35,131 nt of DNA, taken from the NCBI GenBank assembly GCA_964493715.1, contig CAZBPC010000026.1:1-35131 (forward strand), in the 5' to 3' direction. Shown here piece after piece: positions 8,991 through 18,126 of this stretch. Origin of the DNA: an uncultured archaeon (GTDB taxonomy: Archaea; Asgardarchaeota; Lokiarchaeia; Sigyniarchaeales; SOKP01). Within the stretch, counting starts at the first letter, position 1, and the number at the start of each line of letters is the position of its first letter. Both the position numbers and the translations under genes were made by a program. A model generated the notes under the pieces. It saw only the letters and a list, made by a program, of their open reading frames with translations, made no database searches and had not been told where the DNA came from.

Positions 8991-10403
8991 ATGCCTCAAA
9001 AAATTATGAGGAAAAAAGCGATAGTGCTTGGAATTTTATGTTCTTTCTTTATTATGCAAGGAATTTTCATAGTATCCATTCCAACTGTGAAAGCGGATGT
9101 AACAATTCCCCCCAATTTCTATTCAGAATTAGACACAGATTCAGTTTATGTCTATAATGTAACCAAATTTGGCGGGGATCTAAGCTGGTTAGGCTTTGAT
9201 TGGGTATCAAAATATAATACTACGACTAATGTAGGTGGTCAAATATCCATTAATTTTACAGGTTTTTATGATAAAGATCCAGCTGACGTTTATAATGCTT
9301 TCGGAAGTCCCATGCCCTATATGGATATTGAATTTATTGAAAATCAAGGAGGTGTTTTGAATTCTAATCACACCTTTTACAATGTATCTAATGGAGAGGT
9401 TGCATTCAACATGGCATTAGGTTATAACTCTTTTCAGTCGGGGTTCCTCATCTCTATTGATAATTTAACTTATCTGAAAGAATTAGCTCTTGCTCAAGAT
9501 AGTGGATACATGCCTGGAGATATAAATGTCGAAGAATCATCTAATTTTATTTCCTTCGATTTTAAACAAGATTCGAAGTTCCAAAATACAACGTTGGTAT
9601 ATGAAAGAAAAAGTGGTTTATTAGTTTGGGCAAGAACTAAACTGGCTCCAATAACAGATCCGATTGGATACACACTTGAATTCTTCTTGACAAACTATTC
9701 TCTTGATTTAAATTCTGCTTATGCTTACAACGTTTCAAGATTTGGAGAAACGGCGTTTTGGAATGATTGGAATGATAATTTTATAGATACTTGGACTACA
9801 AATCCAGGGGGATTAGTAATAATAAACTTTACAGACTATTATTATAAGGATCCGAATGATTCAAGTACTTCTGATGCCTTTCCATCAGATATAAAGAGAG
9901 CTTGGTTAGACCTTGAAGTATATTATAATGGATCTTTTGGTCTAATTGGACCTCAAATTAGTTTTACAAACATATCTAATAGAGAAGCTGCTATTCAAAT
10001 GAGGATGGGATATGGGGATTTGCAATCAGGATTTTTGATTCCAATGATAAACAACATCACGTTCATAAAAGAAAAAGCACTCAATGCTGCAAATCCGGGA
10101 GAAGTTATTTTTGCAGAAACCGAACTAACCATTAGTATCTTCTATGATCAGATAGGTGGGTTTCAAAAAACCCACTTCATTTATGAAAAGAAAACGGGAC
10201 TCTTACAATGGATTGATACAGATGTGGGAAGTTTTGGTTTAGAAATGACATTAATAGGTTTTTCTCCACCCTTGACAACAAATCCACCTCAGCCTCCTAA
10301 TGGTTCAATTCCATCCTTTATCCCTATTATTTTAGGAATCGGGATGATAATAACATCAATATTAATAATCAAGAAGGTTAAAAGACAAATTAAAAAGATT
10401 TAA
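8991..10403 (+). CDS. Secreted surface (glyco)protein with two ~190-aa internal repeats and a C-terminal TM anchor (Loki-CTERM-like)
   Basis: Signal peptide ending VKA. Duplicated YxYNVxxFG...TTNxGG...INFT...SN.E...GY...QSGFLI...YExKxGLL. Pro-rich linker, IPSF-TM-basic tail, many N-x-S/T sequons. Confidence 0.75.
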   Translation: MPQKIMRKKAIVLGILCSFFIMQGIFIVSIPTVKADVTIPPNFYSELDTDSVYVYNVTKFGGDLSWLGFDWVSKYNTTTNVGGQISINFTGFYDKDPADVYNAFGSPMPYMDIEFIENQGGVLNSNHTFYNVSNGEVAFNMALGYNSFQSGFLISIDNLTYLKELALAQDSGYMPGDINVEESSNFISFDFKQDSKFQNTTLVYERKSGLLVWARTKLAPITDPIGYTLEFFLTNYSLDLNSAYAYNVSRFGETAFWNDWNDNFIDTWTTNPGGLVIINFTDYYYKDPNDSSTSDAFPSDIKRAWLDLEVYYNGSFGLIGPQISFTNISNREAAIQMRMGYGDLQSGFLIPMINNITFIKEKALNAANPGEVIFAETELTISIFYDQIGGFQKTHFIYEKKTGLLQWIDTDVGSFGLEMTLIGFSPPLTTNPPQPPNGSIPSFIPIILGIGMIITSILIIKKVKRQIKKI

Positions 10404-10447
10404 GTACATTTTTCTATTTTTTTTAATTTTTTATACGTGAGAGATTT

Positions 10448-10831
10448 ATGGAACAAAAGAAAAAATACATCTTAATTGCAATAATTGGTGTAACTTTATT
10501 CTCATTATTAATAATAATTAATTTCAATTTATATAAAACTCCTGACAAACTCGAAGTGGTGGAAAATATAACACTTCACGTGGATTATAATAACGGTACG
10601 ATTAAAACCCGAACAAATTTTACACTCAGTGAAGGTAAAACAACCGCTTTTGATGCTTTGAATCAGTGGTGTGAAATTCAATATGCTGTCAATGGAAATC
10701 GCTATTTTGTAATATCGATAGATGGAATTGGAGAAAATTGGCTCTACTTCGTTAATGGTATCGCTCCAGGAGAAAGCTCAAATCTTTATGCTTTAAACAA
10801 TGGAGATCTTGTTGAGTGGCGACATATTTAA
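10448..10831 (+). CDS. Membrane-anchored DUF4430 (transcobalamin-like beta domain) protein
   Basis: N-terminal TM; TAFDAL...FVISIDG...WLYFVNG...YALNNGDLVEW. Confidence 0.8.
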   Translation: MEQKKKYILIAIIGVTLFSLLIIINFNLYKTPDKLEVVENITLHVDYNNGTIKTRTNFTLSEGKTTAFDALNQWCEIQYAVNGNRYFVISIDGIGENWLYFVNGIAPGESSNLYALNNGDLVEWRHI

Positions 10832-10839
10832 AAAAAGAA

Positions 10840-11265
10840 TTATCCTTCTCTCTGTATATGTTGAAGAATTGGTTCCATTTCTTTAAATGCCTTTCGGATC
10901 TTGTGGAAGTAATAGCCCAGCTTGTAGCCCTTCTTACAATTCGTAAATAACATGAAATCATTTTCAGCAGATCCTACTAAAATAATGGTATAGCCCTTTA
11001 TGCCTCTAATTACAATTTCTCTCAATTCTCCCTGACCGAGTCCCATGCTAATCTTTTCTCCTAATGATATTAGAGTAGCAGGGCTTGCACTGTATATATC
11101 TGCCACCACATCGGCAGTTTCAGAGCTTGCTATCCTTAATCCTGTTTTTGAAACTAAAGCAGTCCCTTCCAAATCAGTAGAACTTTCTAAGTTCTCTAAC
11201 TTACGCATTAAATCCGCGAGAATTTCAGGATCAATGTTTATCTCTGATGGTTGAAAATCTTCCAT
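10840..11265 (-). CDS. Roadblock/LC7 domain protein
   Basis: GTALVSKTGLRIAS...LGEKISMGLGQGELREIVIRGIKGY. Confidence 0.85.
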   Translation of the reverse strand: MEDFQPSEINIDPEILADLMRKLENLESSTDLEGTALVSKTGLRIASSETADVVADIYSASPATLISLGEKISMGLGQGELREIVIRGIKGYTIILVGSAENDFMLFTNCKKGYKLGYYFHKIRKAFKEMEPILQHIQREG

Positions 11266-11291
11266 TATGATAACCTCACTTAATAATATAA

Positions 11292-12746
11292 TTAGTTTTG
11301 CACATTTAAATCTTTTTTAGATTTCAAGGTAAAACTTCTCAGCTCTTTTAGTATTACCATATCTCCTTTTTTCACTTCAATTTTTTGGTGATTTTCATCT
11401 CTTTCAATTCCGATAATTACAGCCCCTTTTGTGCCAAAAGAGTTGAGAATTTTAGTAAACGGGGGTTCAAGTTTTTTTCCAATCACTTTTTTTGCACCTA
11501 TTAAGCTTTGAGCTAAACCTGAGCATACAATACCTTGGGAATGATCTGGGTTTTCTATCTTCCCTCTTTTTGTCTTAATTCGATATAATTTGGGGGGTTC
11601 ACTATGAATCTTAAATAATTTAGCAGCACCTATAATTCTCAATGATGTTGGAGGGAGATCCAATCTACTCAATAATATTCGAGATTTCTCTTTAGCAAAC
11701 AAAATTTTCTCATTTAACCATAAAAAAGCAGAAAAATTATCATTTTCTTTTAAAATAGATATTTCCAACAACTTACCATTTTCTTCTTTAAAAGGATAGA
11801 TAAAACCAGAAGTAGTAAACATCCCAATGGTCGAATGTACTTGTGTGCCAAAAGGGACATCCGGTTTAAATAAACGATTCTTCTTCACTCTGATCTCAAC
11901 AAGGTCACAATATTCAAAAAATTTGGGATCATCTGTTGCATAACATCCTCTATACACTTTATTAATATCGATACCTTTCAAGTTTACTCCCACGCGATCT
12001 CCCGCTTTAGCAGAAGGAAAGTCCTGATGGAATATTTGAATTGACTTCACCCTTCCTTCTTCATTAATAGGTAGTATGGTTAATTTTTGATTTAATGATA
12101 AAGTACCTTTTAATAAAGTCCCCGTGAGAATAGCACCTCTTCCCTTTATTGGAAAATGATGGTCAATTGGTAAAACAATATGACCTTCGATATCCCTCTT
12201 GATTTTTAATTGTTTTATTGTTGCTAAAATCCCTTTTTTTAACTCTTCAAAACCTTTTTTCTGTTTTGCTGAAACTGCATAGATGGATATATTGGATCCA
12301 TAAGATGTTGATTTGAAGAAATCTTTAATTTTGTCAATTTCTCTATTAAGATTACCTTTAAATAAATCAATTTTATTCAGTATTACTATTAGATCCTTTA
12401 TTTCCAACGCTTCAATCATGATAATGTGTTCTCCAGTCTGAACTTGAGGCCCTTTGTTAATATCAATAACAATTACCGCTATATCAATGATTTCGACTGA
12501 AGAAGCACTAATTTTTATTAGATCAGCATGTCCAGGACCATCTACCAATGTTATAAGATAATCATCTAAAATTAAACTAGTAAACCCGAGATCTATAGTT
12601 ATCCCTCTTTCTTTGCTTTGTGGATGGGCATCAATACCTGCTGTAGATATGATTTCACTAAGTACTTCTGCAATCGCTGTTTTACCAGAATCTATATGAC
12701 CAAATAAGCCGATATGAATAGGTATCTTTTTTTCAAGATTATACAT
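11292..12746 (-). CDS. selB: Selenocysteine-specific elongation factor SelB/eEFSec (archaeal-eukaryotic type)
   Basis: GHIDSGKT, QSKERGITIDLGF, DGPGH, QTGEH, NKID and LSRLD motifs; short domain IV; tRNA-Sec and SepSecS nearby. Confidence 0.93.
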   Translation of the reverse strand: MYNLEKKIPIHIGLFGHIDSGKTAIAEVLSEIISTAGIDAHPQSKERGITIDLGFTSLILDDYLITLVDGPGHADLIKISASSVEIIDIAVIVIDINKGPQVQTGEHIIMIEALEIKDLIVILNKIDLFKGNLNREIDKIKDFFKSTSYGSNISIYAVSAKQKKGFEELKKGILATIKQLKIKRDIEGHIVLPIDHHFPIKGRGAILTGTLLKGTLSLNQKLTILPINEEGRVKSIQIFHQDFPSAKAGDRVGVNLKGIDINKVYRGCYATDDPKFFEYCDLVEIRVKKNRLFKPDVPFGTQVHSTIGMFTTSGFIYPFKEENGKLLEISILKENDNFSAFLWLNEKILFAKEKSRILLSRLDLPPTSLRIIGAAKLFKIHSEPPKLYRIKTKRGKIENPDHSQGIVCSGLAQSLIGAKKVIGKKLEPPFTKILNSFGTKGAVIIGIERDENHQKIEVKKGDMVILKELRSFTLKSKKDLNVQN

Positions 12747-12890
12747 ATTTTAACAATATTTTAATGATTAAGTCGCTTAATAGGTTTTTATATATTGGAA
12801 AATATTGGACTCCAATAAAATTTAATTTAATGGATTTTAATTTATTTTATAGTAGTGTTTTATTTTTAACCTATAAAATTGTGAGAAAAA

Positions 12891-13766
12891 ATGCCTTCCA
12901 AGTATTGTGTGTATTGTGGTAACCCCCTTAAAGAGAGTGATAAATTCTGTATTATATGTGGAAAACCTGTTTTAAGAGATCTTCCAGATACATGGAAACA
13001 AGAGTCTAAACCACGATCAAAACCTCAACGTCAAGAGATTTTACCAAAAGAAGATACGATTATCGAATTCGCTGATGATAGTGAAGAAGAACTCGAAATA
13101 AAGGAAGATAAAAAAGAAAAGAAAAAGGAAAAAGATAAAAAAGGAGATAAAGTCGTTGAAAAACCCCTTCCATTTGAAGTAAAAGAGCAAATGATTCTAT
13201 ATATTGAATACAATGATATCCAGCTTAATAAAGAAATCCTAATTACCAAGTTAAAGGATTTGCAGAAAGAGTTAAAAGATCCAGCATATGAATATGATGA
13301 ACAATATAAGGAATCTTTAAATGTCAAACTTGAAGCAATTAAAACACTTATCAACGAAATGAAACAAAAAGAAAGTGAGCTTAAGCAAAAAATGGATGAT
13401 CCCTTCATTGTTCAAAGGATCAAAACAGACACGGAAACCAAGATCTTTCAATTGAAAAACTTAACTAAAGAATTTAAATTACATAAAGTTGATAAGGATT
13501 CTTTTGAGACTTTGAGAGATAAATATAAACAAGAAAAAGAGGAATTGGAACAAGAAAGGGAAGATCTTATATCTGGAATGAGTTTATGGATAAAAGAACT
13601 AAAATTGGAAAAAGTTGAAGCTCAATCTCAACGAAATCTTAATAAGGGAAGATTTCATTCAAAAGAGATTACTCAAGAAGATTTCAATTCAAAAGATAAG
13701 GAATTAGAATTGAAAGTTAAAAAGATTGATGTTAAAATTAAAACTTTAGAAAAACTTGTCAAGTAA
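12891..13766 (+). CDS. Zinc-ribbon plus long coiled-coil hypothetical protein
   Basis: CVYCG...FCIICG at the N-terminus, charged linker, E/K-rich heptads. Confidence 0.75.
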   Translation: MPSKYCVYCGNPLKESDKFCIICGKPVLRDLPDTWKQESKPRSKPQRQEILPKEDTIIEFADDSEEELEIKEDKKEKKKEKDKKGDKVVEKPLPFEVKEQMILYIEYNDIQLNKEILITKLKDLQKELKDPAYEYDEQYKESLNVKLEAIKTLINEMKQKESELKQKMDDPFIVQRIKTDTETKIFQLKNLTKEFKLHKVDKDSFETLRDKYKQEKEELEQEREDLISGMSLWIKELKLEKVEAQSQRNLNKGRFHSKEITQEDFNSKDKELELKVKKIDVKIKTLEKLVK

Positions 13767-13813
13767 AATAAATAAATTTTATTTTCACTCAAACATTAAA
13801 AAATGTGATAATC

Positions 13814-13939
13814 ATGAGGAAAAAGTTAATTGGTTTCATACTCTTATTATTTGCTTTATCATTACTGACAATTGGTATCATTGAAGGTGAATACAATTTA
13901 ATTTCATCCATTTACACTCAAATGGCTTCATTACCGTAA
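13814..13939 (+). CDS. Small single-TM protein (41 aa), absent from the ORF track
   Basis: MRKKLIGFILLLFALSLLTIGIIEGEYNLISSIYTQMASLP*, preceded by GTGA RBS-like sequence. Confidence 0.55.
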   Translation: MRKKLIGFILLLFALSLLTIGIIEGEYNLISSIYTQMASLP

Positions 13940-13961
13940 AAATATGCACAATAGATATGAA

Positions 13962-14270
13962 TTATTCGTAATCGTAGCGTTTCGTCCTTGCTGATGCAAC
14001 AGAATCATCTAGAAACCCTTTCTTTTGATATAGCTTTTCTTGTGATTTTCGATATTTATTGGATTCTTTATAATGATTTTTGCAAAGATAAATTTTATGT
14101 TGCTTGTTTTCGATATATTTCAAGTCTGCTTTTTCAACATATGGTTTCCACTTATTTTCCGATAAGGAGCGAATAGCAATTTCATTACAATTTTTAATGC
14201 TACAAGATCGCTCTTTAGTAGTAGCGTTTCCTAGATCTTTTTTTTCTCTGAGTTCCTTTGGGAGTTTCAT
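13962..14270 (-). CDS. Small basic putative zinc-binding protein
   Basis: CSIKNC...AIRSL...YLCKNHYKE (C3H arrangement). Confidence 0.7.
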   Translation of the reverse strand: MKLPKELREKKDLGNATTKERSCSIKNCNEIAIRSLSENKWKPYVEKADLKYIENKQHKIYLCKNHYKESNKYRKSQEKLYQKKGFLDDSVASARTKRYDYE

Positions 14271-14355
14271 TCATATCATCTTTCTAAAAATTTTATTAGA
14301 AACAATAATTATATATTTTAATTCATCACCAACTTAAAGTTTTATCTAATAGCAA

Positions 14356-15066
14356 ATGGATTCTCTAAATTTCAGTTACAATGAAACTAAAATAAGAAAA
14401 AATCTATATCCATGTGATTCTCAATCTAGAATTAAACTAAATGACGATTTCTTTACTCCTTCTGCTATTTTATTTCCAATAATACCATATAAAGATAAAC
14501 CTTATAAATTAATTTTAATCCATCGTTCTGACAGGGGTACTCGTCATAGGGGCGAGATGTCATTTCCAGGTGGAAAATTCGAGGATATTACAGATAAAAC
14601 CATGAGAGACACTGCTCTGAGAGAAACTGAAGAAGAAATAGGGGTTTCAAGGGAAAATATAAAGGTTCTAGGTTGTTTAAACGATTTTCCTACCATGACA
14701 AAATATATAATAACTCCGTATGTGGGTATAATTAATAAGGATCAAGAACTAGTAAGAGATTATCGAGAAGTACAAAAAATCTTAAAAATCTCTATTGATT
14801 TTTTTACAGATAAAAAGAATTTTAGAGAACAACCAATTGATATTGAAGGTCATAAGTTTCCCATATTTTATTTTAATTATATTAATCCTAATGATGGTAA
14901 TCATTATACTATATGGGGCGCTACAGCATATATGATCGTAACCTTTATTGAAAGAGTATATAACTTCACATTATCTGATCTTGGATTAAAGAGATTTAAA
15001 TTAGATAAAATCAAGCATTTAAAAGAGTACATTAAATATAGAGACCAAATCATTAAGAAATTTTGA
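14356..15066 (+). CDS. Nudix hydrolase, CoA pyrophosphatase family
   Basis: HRGEMSFPGGK...TALRETEEEIG, ITPYVG and IWGATA motifs. Confidence 0.9.
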   Translation: MDSLNFSYNETKIRKNLYPCDSQSRIKLNDDFFTPSAILFPIIPYKDKPYKLILIHRSDRGTRHRGEMSFPGGKFEDITDKTMRDTALRETEEEIGVSRENIKVLGCLNDFPTMTKYIITPYVGIINKDQELVRDYREVQKILKISIDFFTDKKNFREQPIDIEGHKFPIFYFNYINPNDGNHYTIWGATAYMIVTFIERVYNFTLSDLGLKRFKLDKIKHLKEYIKYRDQIIKKF

Positions 15067-15073
15067 GAGAAAA

Positions 15074-15751
15074 ATGGTAAAGAACACTTACTTATTTGAC
15101 GAGGAATTCATTCGCTCTAAATTAAAGCAATATATATCTCCCGAGAGATTATCATTAGATCACGACAAATTCGTACATTCAGCTGTAATATTCTTGATCG
15201 TTCCTCACGTTGAACAACCTTATGATTTGATATTAATTCGTCGAACCAAGCACCAAAAAGATAAACATTCTGGTGAAATGTCCTTTCCAGGGGGAAAATA
15301 TGATCCTAAAAGGGATAAAACATACCTAAATACTGCACAAAGAGAACTTATGGAAGAATTAGCGATTTCACCTTATCAATTAACTATTTTGGGATGTATT
15401 GATGATCATTTAACACCAAAAGGATTTATCATAACTCCATTTGTAGGATATATAAATGAAGAATTAAGAATGAAGAAATATGATGGAGAAGTTCAAGAGA
15501 TAGTGAACATTCCAATTAGTTTTTTTGCTAATCGAAACAATTATCGGGAAAAAACCTACTATCTAAAAAATGATCTCATTGGTGTCGGAAAATATAATTA
15601 TAAAACAGCAGATAATAAAAAATACGTGATTTTTGGTGCTACATCACACATTATTGTTAATTTTATTGATAACGTATATGATTTAGGATTAAAAACAGCA
15701 GGATGTAGAAGAGTAAATTGTAAAGATCTTGAAGATAGAATCGTAAATTAG
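15074..15751 (+). CDS. Nudix hydrolase, CoA pyrophosphatase family (tandem paralog)
   Basis: HSGEMSFPGGK...TAQRELMEEL, ITPFVG and IFGATS motifs. Confidence 0.88.
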   Translation: MVKNTYLFDEEFIRSKLKQYISPERLSLDHDKFVHSAVIFLIVPHVEQPYDLILIRRTKHQKDKHSGEMSFPGGKYDPKRDKTYLNTAQRELMEELAISPYQLTILGCIDDHLTPKGFIITPFVGYINEELRMKKYDGEVQEIVNIPISFFANRNNYREKTYYLKNDLIGVGKYNYKTADNKKYVIFGATSHIIVNFIDNVYDLGLKTAGCRRVNCKDLEDRIVN

Positions 15752-15765
15752 ATTTACTTTAATAT

Positions 15766-15775
15766 ATTTATATAA
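15766..15775 (+). promoter_or_regulatory. TATA box for tRNA-Sec/SepSecS
   Basis: ATTTATATAA about 22-31 nt upstream of the tRNA 5' end. Confidence 0.55.
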
Positions 15776-15796
15776 TATAATAAAAAAATTAATCAA

Positions 15797-15889
15797 GGCC
15801 CTTGACGGTTGGGGTGGTCTCTGACGCTGGGCTTCAAACCCAGTTATCCTGCGGAGGGATAGCGGTTCGATTCCGCTCGAGGGCCGCCA
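15797..15889 (+). tRNA. selC: tRNA-Sec (anticodon UCA), 9/4 fold, encoded CCA
   Basis: 9-bp acceptor GGCCCTTGA/TCGAGGGCC, 7-bp D stem GTTGGGG/CTCTGAC, anticodon arm GCTGGG-CTTCAAA-CCCAGT, long variable arm, 4-bp T stem GCGG/CCGC, GCCA end. Confidence 0.97.
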
Positions 15890-15915
15890 TTTCTATAAAT
15901 TTATAGTGATTATTG

Positions 15916-17283
15916 ATGGTTGATCTTAACGATCTAATAGAATATTTTAAAAACACCAGCATTCCTCAAAACATGTTGAATCGGGGTCAACTTGTATTGA
16001 ATAATTTCCTACATCCAATCAAGGTGCTTTTTGAACAAAAATCGGTTCCAATCAAACCATGGAATGATGATCAAATTGAATTTTTGCTCCAAATTCTTTC
16101 TCACATGGATACTGATAAGGATGATAAATCTGCGAGGGTTGGTGAAAGGGAGGCAAGAATTGCTTCGAATTTACATCTAAAAACTTCTGCTGGATTTTGT
16201 CATGGTATTGGTAGGAGCGGTTTTTTGACGGCTCCACAACCCAAAGCACCAGGAGGATCAATATTGTATGAAACTACGAATTATTTAGCACGTGATTTTC
16301 TTAAAAAATTCGGGCTTCCAAATATCAATAAAGCAATTGTGCTTCCTTTATGTACGGGGATGTCATTGGCTTTAACATTAGCAGCTCTCAAACCTGATTG
16401 GAACAATGATGATCTGATACATAAAAGGGCAGTAATAATCCCTCAGATTGATCATAATTCGATATTAAAAAGTATTGAAATGGTTGGAGCAAGAGTTAAA
16501 ATTGTCAAAGGTAAAATTTTTGGAGATGCAGTTAGAATCCCAATTGAAGATATTAAAAAAAGTATTGATGATACTTGTTTTGGAATATTATCTATAACGA
16601 GTTTTTTTCCTCCCCGAGAAAATGATGATATTAAGGAAATCAGCAAGTTTGCTGAAGAGCATGAATTAGTTCACGTAGTAATTAATGCTTATGGGGTTCA
16701 AAGTCCTGAATGGATGAAAATTATTAGATCTGGTATCGATGCTGGAAGGATTGATGCGATTATCCAATCCACTGATAAAAATCTTCTCACTCCCGTCGGA
16801 GGGGCGATCATAGCTTCCCCAAATAAAGAAAACGTTAAAAAAATTAGTCAAACTTATGCAGGCCGTGCTTCAGCTTCCCCTGTTGTTGATAGTCTCATCT
16901 CAATGCTCTCTTTAGGCATTGAAAGGTATCAAGAATTGATAGATAATCAAAAGGAAAATAGAAGAATTCTAGAACAAGAATTAAGTAAAATTGCACTTAA
17001 ATATAATGAAAGGATTTTAGAAGTATTCAATCCTGTTGCTGTAGCAGTCACGTTAAAAAATCTTAAAAAGGAACAATTATCTGCTCTGGGGGGTGCACTT
17101 TATAATTTGAGAGTGACAGGTCCACGTGTTTATGATCCTTCTAAAAAAGATTTTGGTACGTGTTGTACAAATTATAATACTCCTTATATTGTAATGAATG
17201 CAGCAATTGGTGCCACAAATAAAGATATTAACTATGCGGTAGAACGTTTTGATAAAGCCTATTACCAAATAATGCAAAAATAG
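15916..17283 (+). CDS. spcS: O-phosphoseryl-tRNA(Sec) selenium transferase SepSecS
   Basis: VGEREAR, HGIGRSG, PQPKAPG, NAYG, QSTDKN (PLP Lys) and YAGRAS motifs. Confidence 0.96.
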   Translation: MVDLNDLIEYFKNTSIPQNMLNRGQLVLNNFLHPIKVLFEQKSVPIKPWNDDQIEFLLQILSHMDTDKDDKSARVGEREARIASNLHLKTSAGFCHGIGRSGFLTAPQPKAPGGSILYETTNYLARDFLKKFGLPNINKAIVLPLCTGMSLALTLAALKPDWNNDDLIHKRAVIIPQIDHNSILKSIEMVGARVKIVKGKIFGDAVRIPIEDIKKSIDDTCFGILSITSFFPPRENDDIKEISKFAEEHELVHVVINAYGVQSPEWMKIIRSGIDAGRIDAIIQSTDKNLLTPVGGAIIASPNKENVKKISQTYAGRASASPVVDSLISMLSLGIERYQELIDNQKENRRILEQELSKIALKYNERILEVFNPVAVAVTLKNLKKEQLSALGGALYNLRVTGPRVYDPSKKDFGTCCTNYNTPYIVMNAAIGATNKDINYAVERFDKAYYQIMQK

Positions 17284-17379
17284 CAATTATGTTTATTATT
17301 TGAATATCGGATGGGATAAATCAAAAAAAAATAAAAATGAGAAGAACAATATTTATATAAAAAAAAGATTTGTGATAGA

Positions 17380-18057
17380 ATGGAAAATCGTCTTTTAACT
17401 CAGTTTAATGATATTATTTCTACTCAATGGCAGTTTAAAGAAGTAATTGAACCCAGTACTCCATTATCTTCCAGAGAAATTTTTGAGTTGGCTTATCATA
17501 CTTGTAATTCAATCGCTACCAGGAGCATATTCCTAAAATTATCTCTAAGTGAAGCAACGGGAGCACAAGCAATCCTGTATTTAAATAGCAAGAAATTTAT
17601 AACGATAGATGCATTAGATAATGGTATAAAAATCAAAAAGTATTATCCCGAAGGATCTACCGGTGATAAACTAATAACTGATTTATTACCAACTTTGCAA
17701 AGAAGAAAACAAATTTTTGCTGGAAAGGAAAATGAAATTAAGACTCAATTATTAAAAATGATTTTAGTTGAAAGAAAATTGGATGAGTGCGCAAATCATG
17801 TTATTATTAAAAACTATAATCGAAAAATATACTTTGCAATAGGGGATGCAAGAGAAAGTGCTGCAGTTGTACCTATATTCATGGAGGCTGAAGGAGCGAG
17901 TTTGGTACAATTAGCATTGAACAAGTGGATGACTAAAACACAACTACTGGATCAAGAAAAAACTTTTCCAGAAAACCTTGTACCAGGATTACTTAAGAAT
18001 CTTATGCAAATTAAGAAATGGATCTTAAATTTAATCACCTCAAATCTGGAAAAATAA
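17380..18057 (+). CDS. Hypothetical protein
   Basis: 225-aa ORF with GTGA RBS-like sequence and upstream TTTATATAA; no family recognised. Confidence 0.75.
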   Translation: MENRLLTQFNDIISTQWQFKEVIEPSTPLSSREIFELAYHTCNSIATRSIFLKLSLSEATGAQAILYLNSKKFITIDALDNGIKIKKYYPEGSTGDKLITDLLPTLQRRKQIFAGKENEIKTQLLKMILVERKLDECANHVIIKNYNRKIYFAIGDARESAAVVPIFMEAEGASLVQLALNKWMTKTQLLDQEKTFPENLVPGLLKNLMQIKKWILNLITSNLEK

Positions 18058-18126
18058 AATTCTGATATTAGCTATATTTAGATTTTTTATGTTTACACGA
18101 TAAAATAAATAAAAAAAGTAAAAAAT

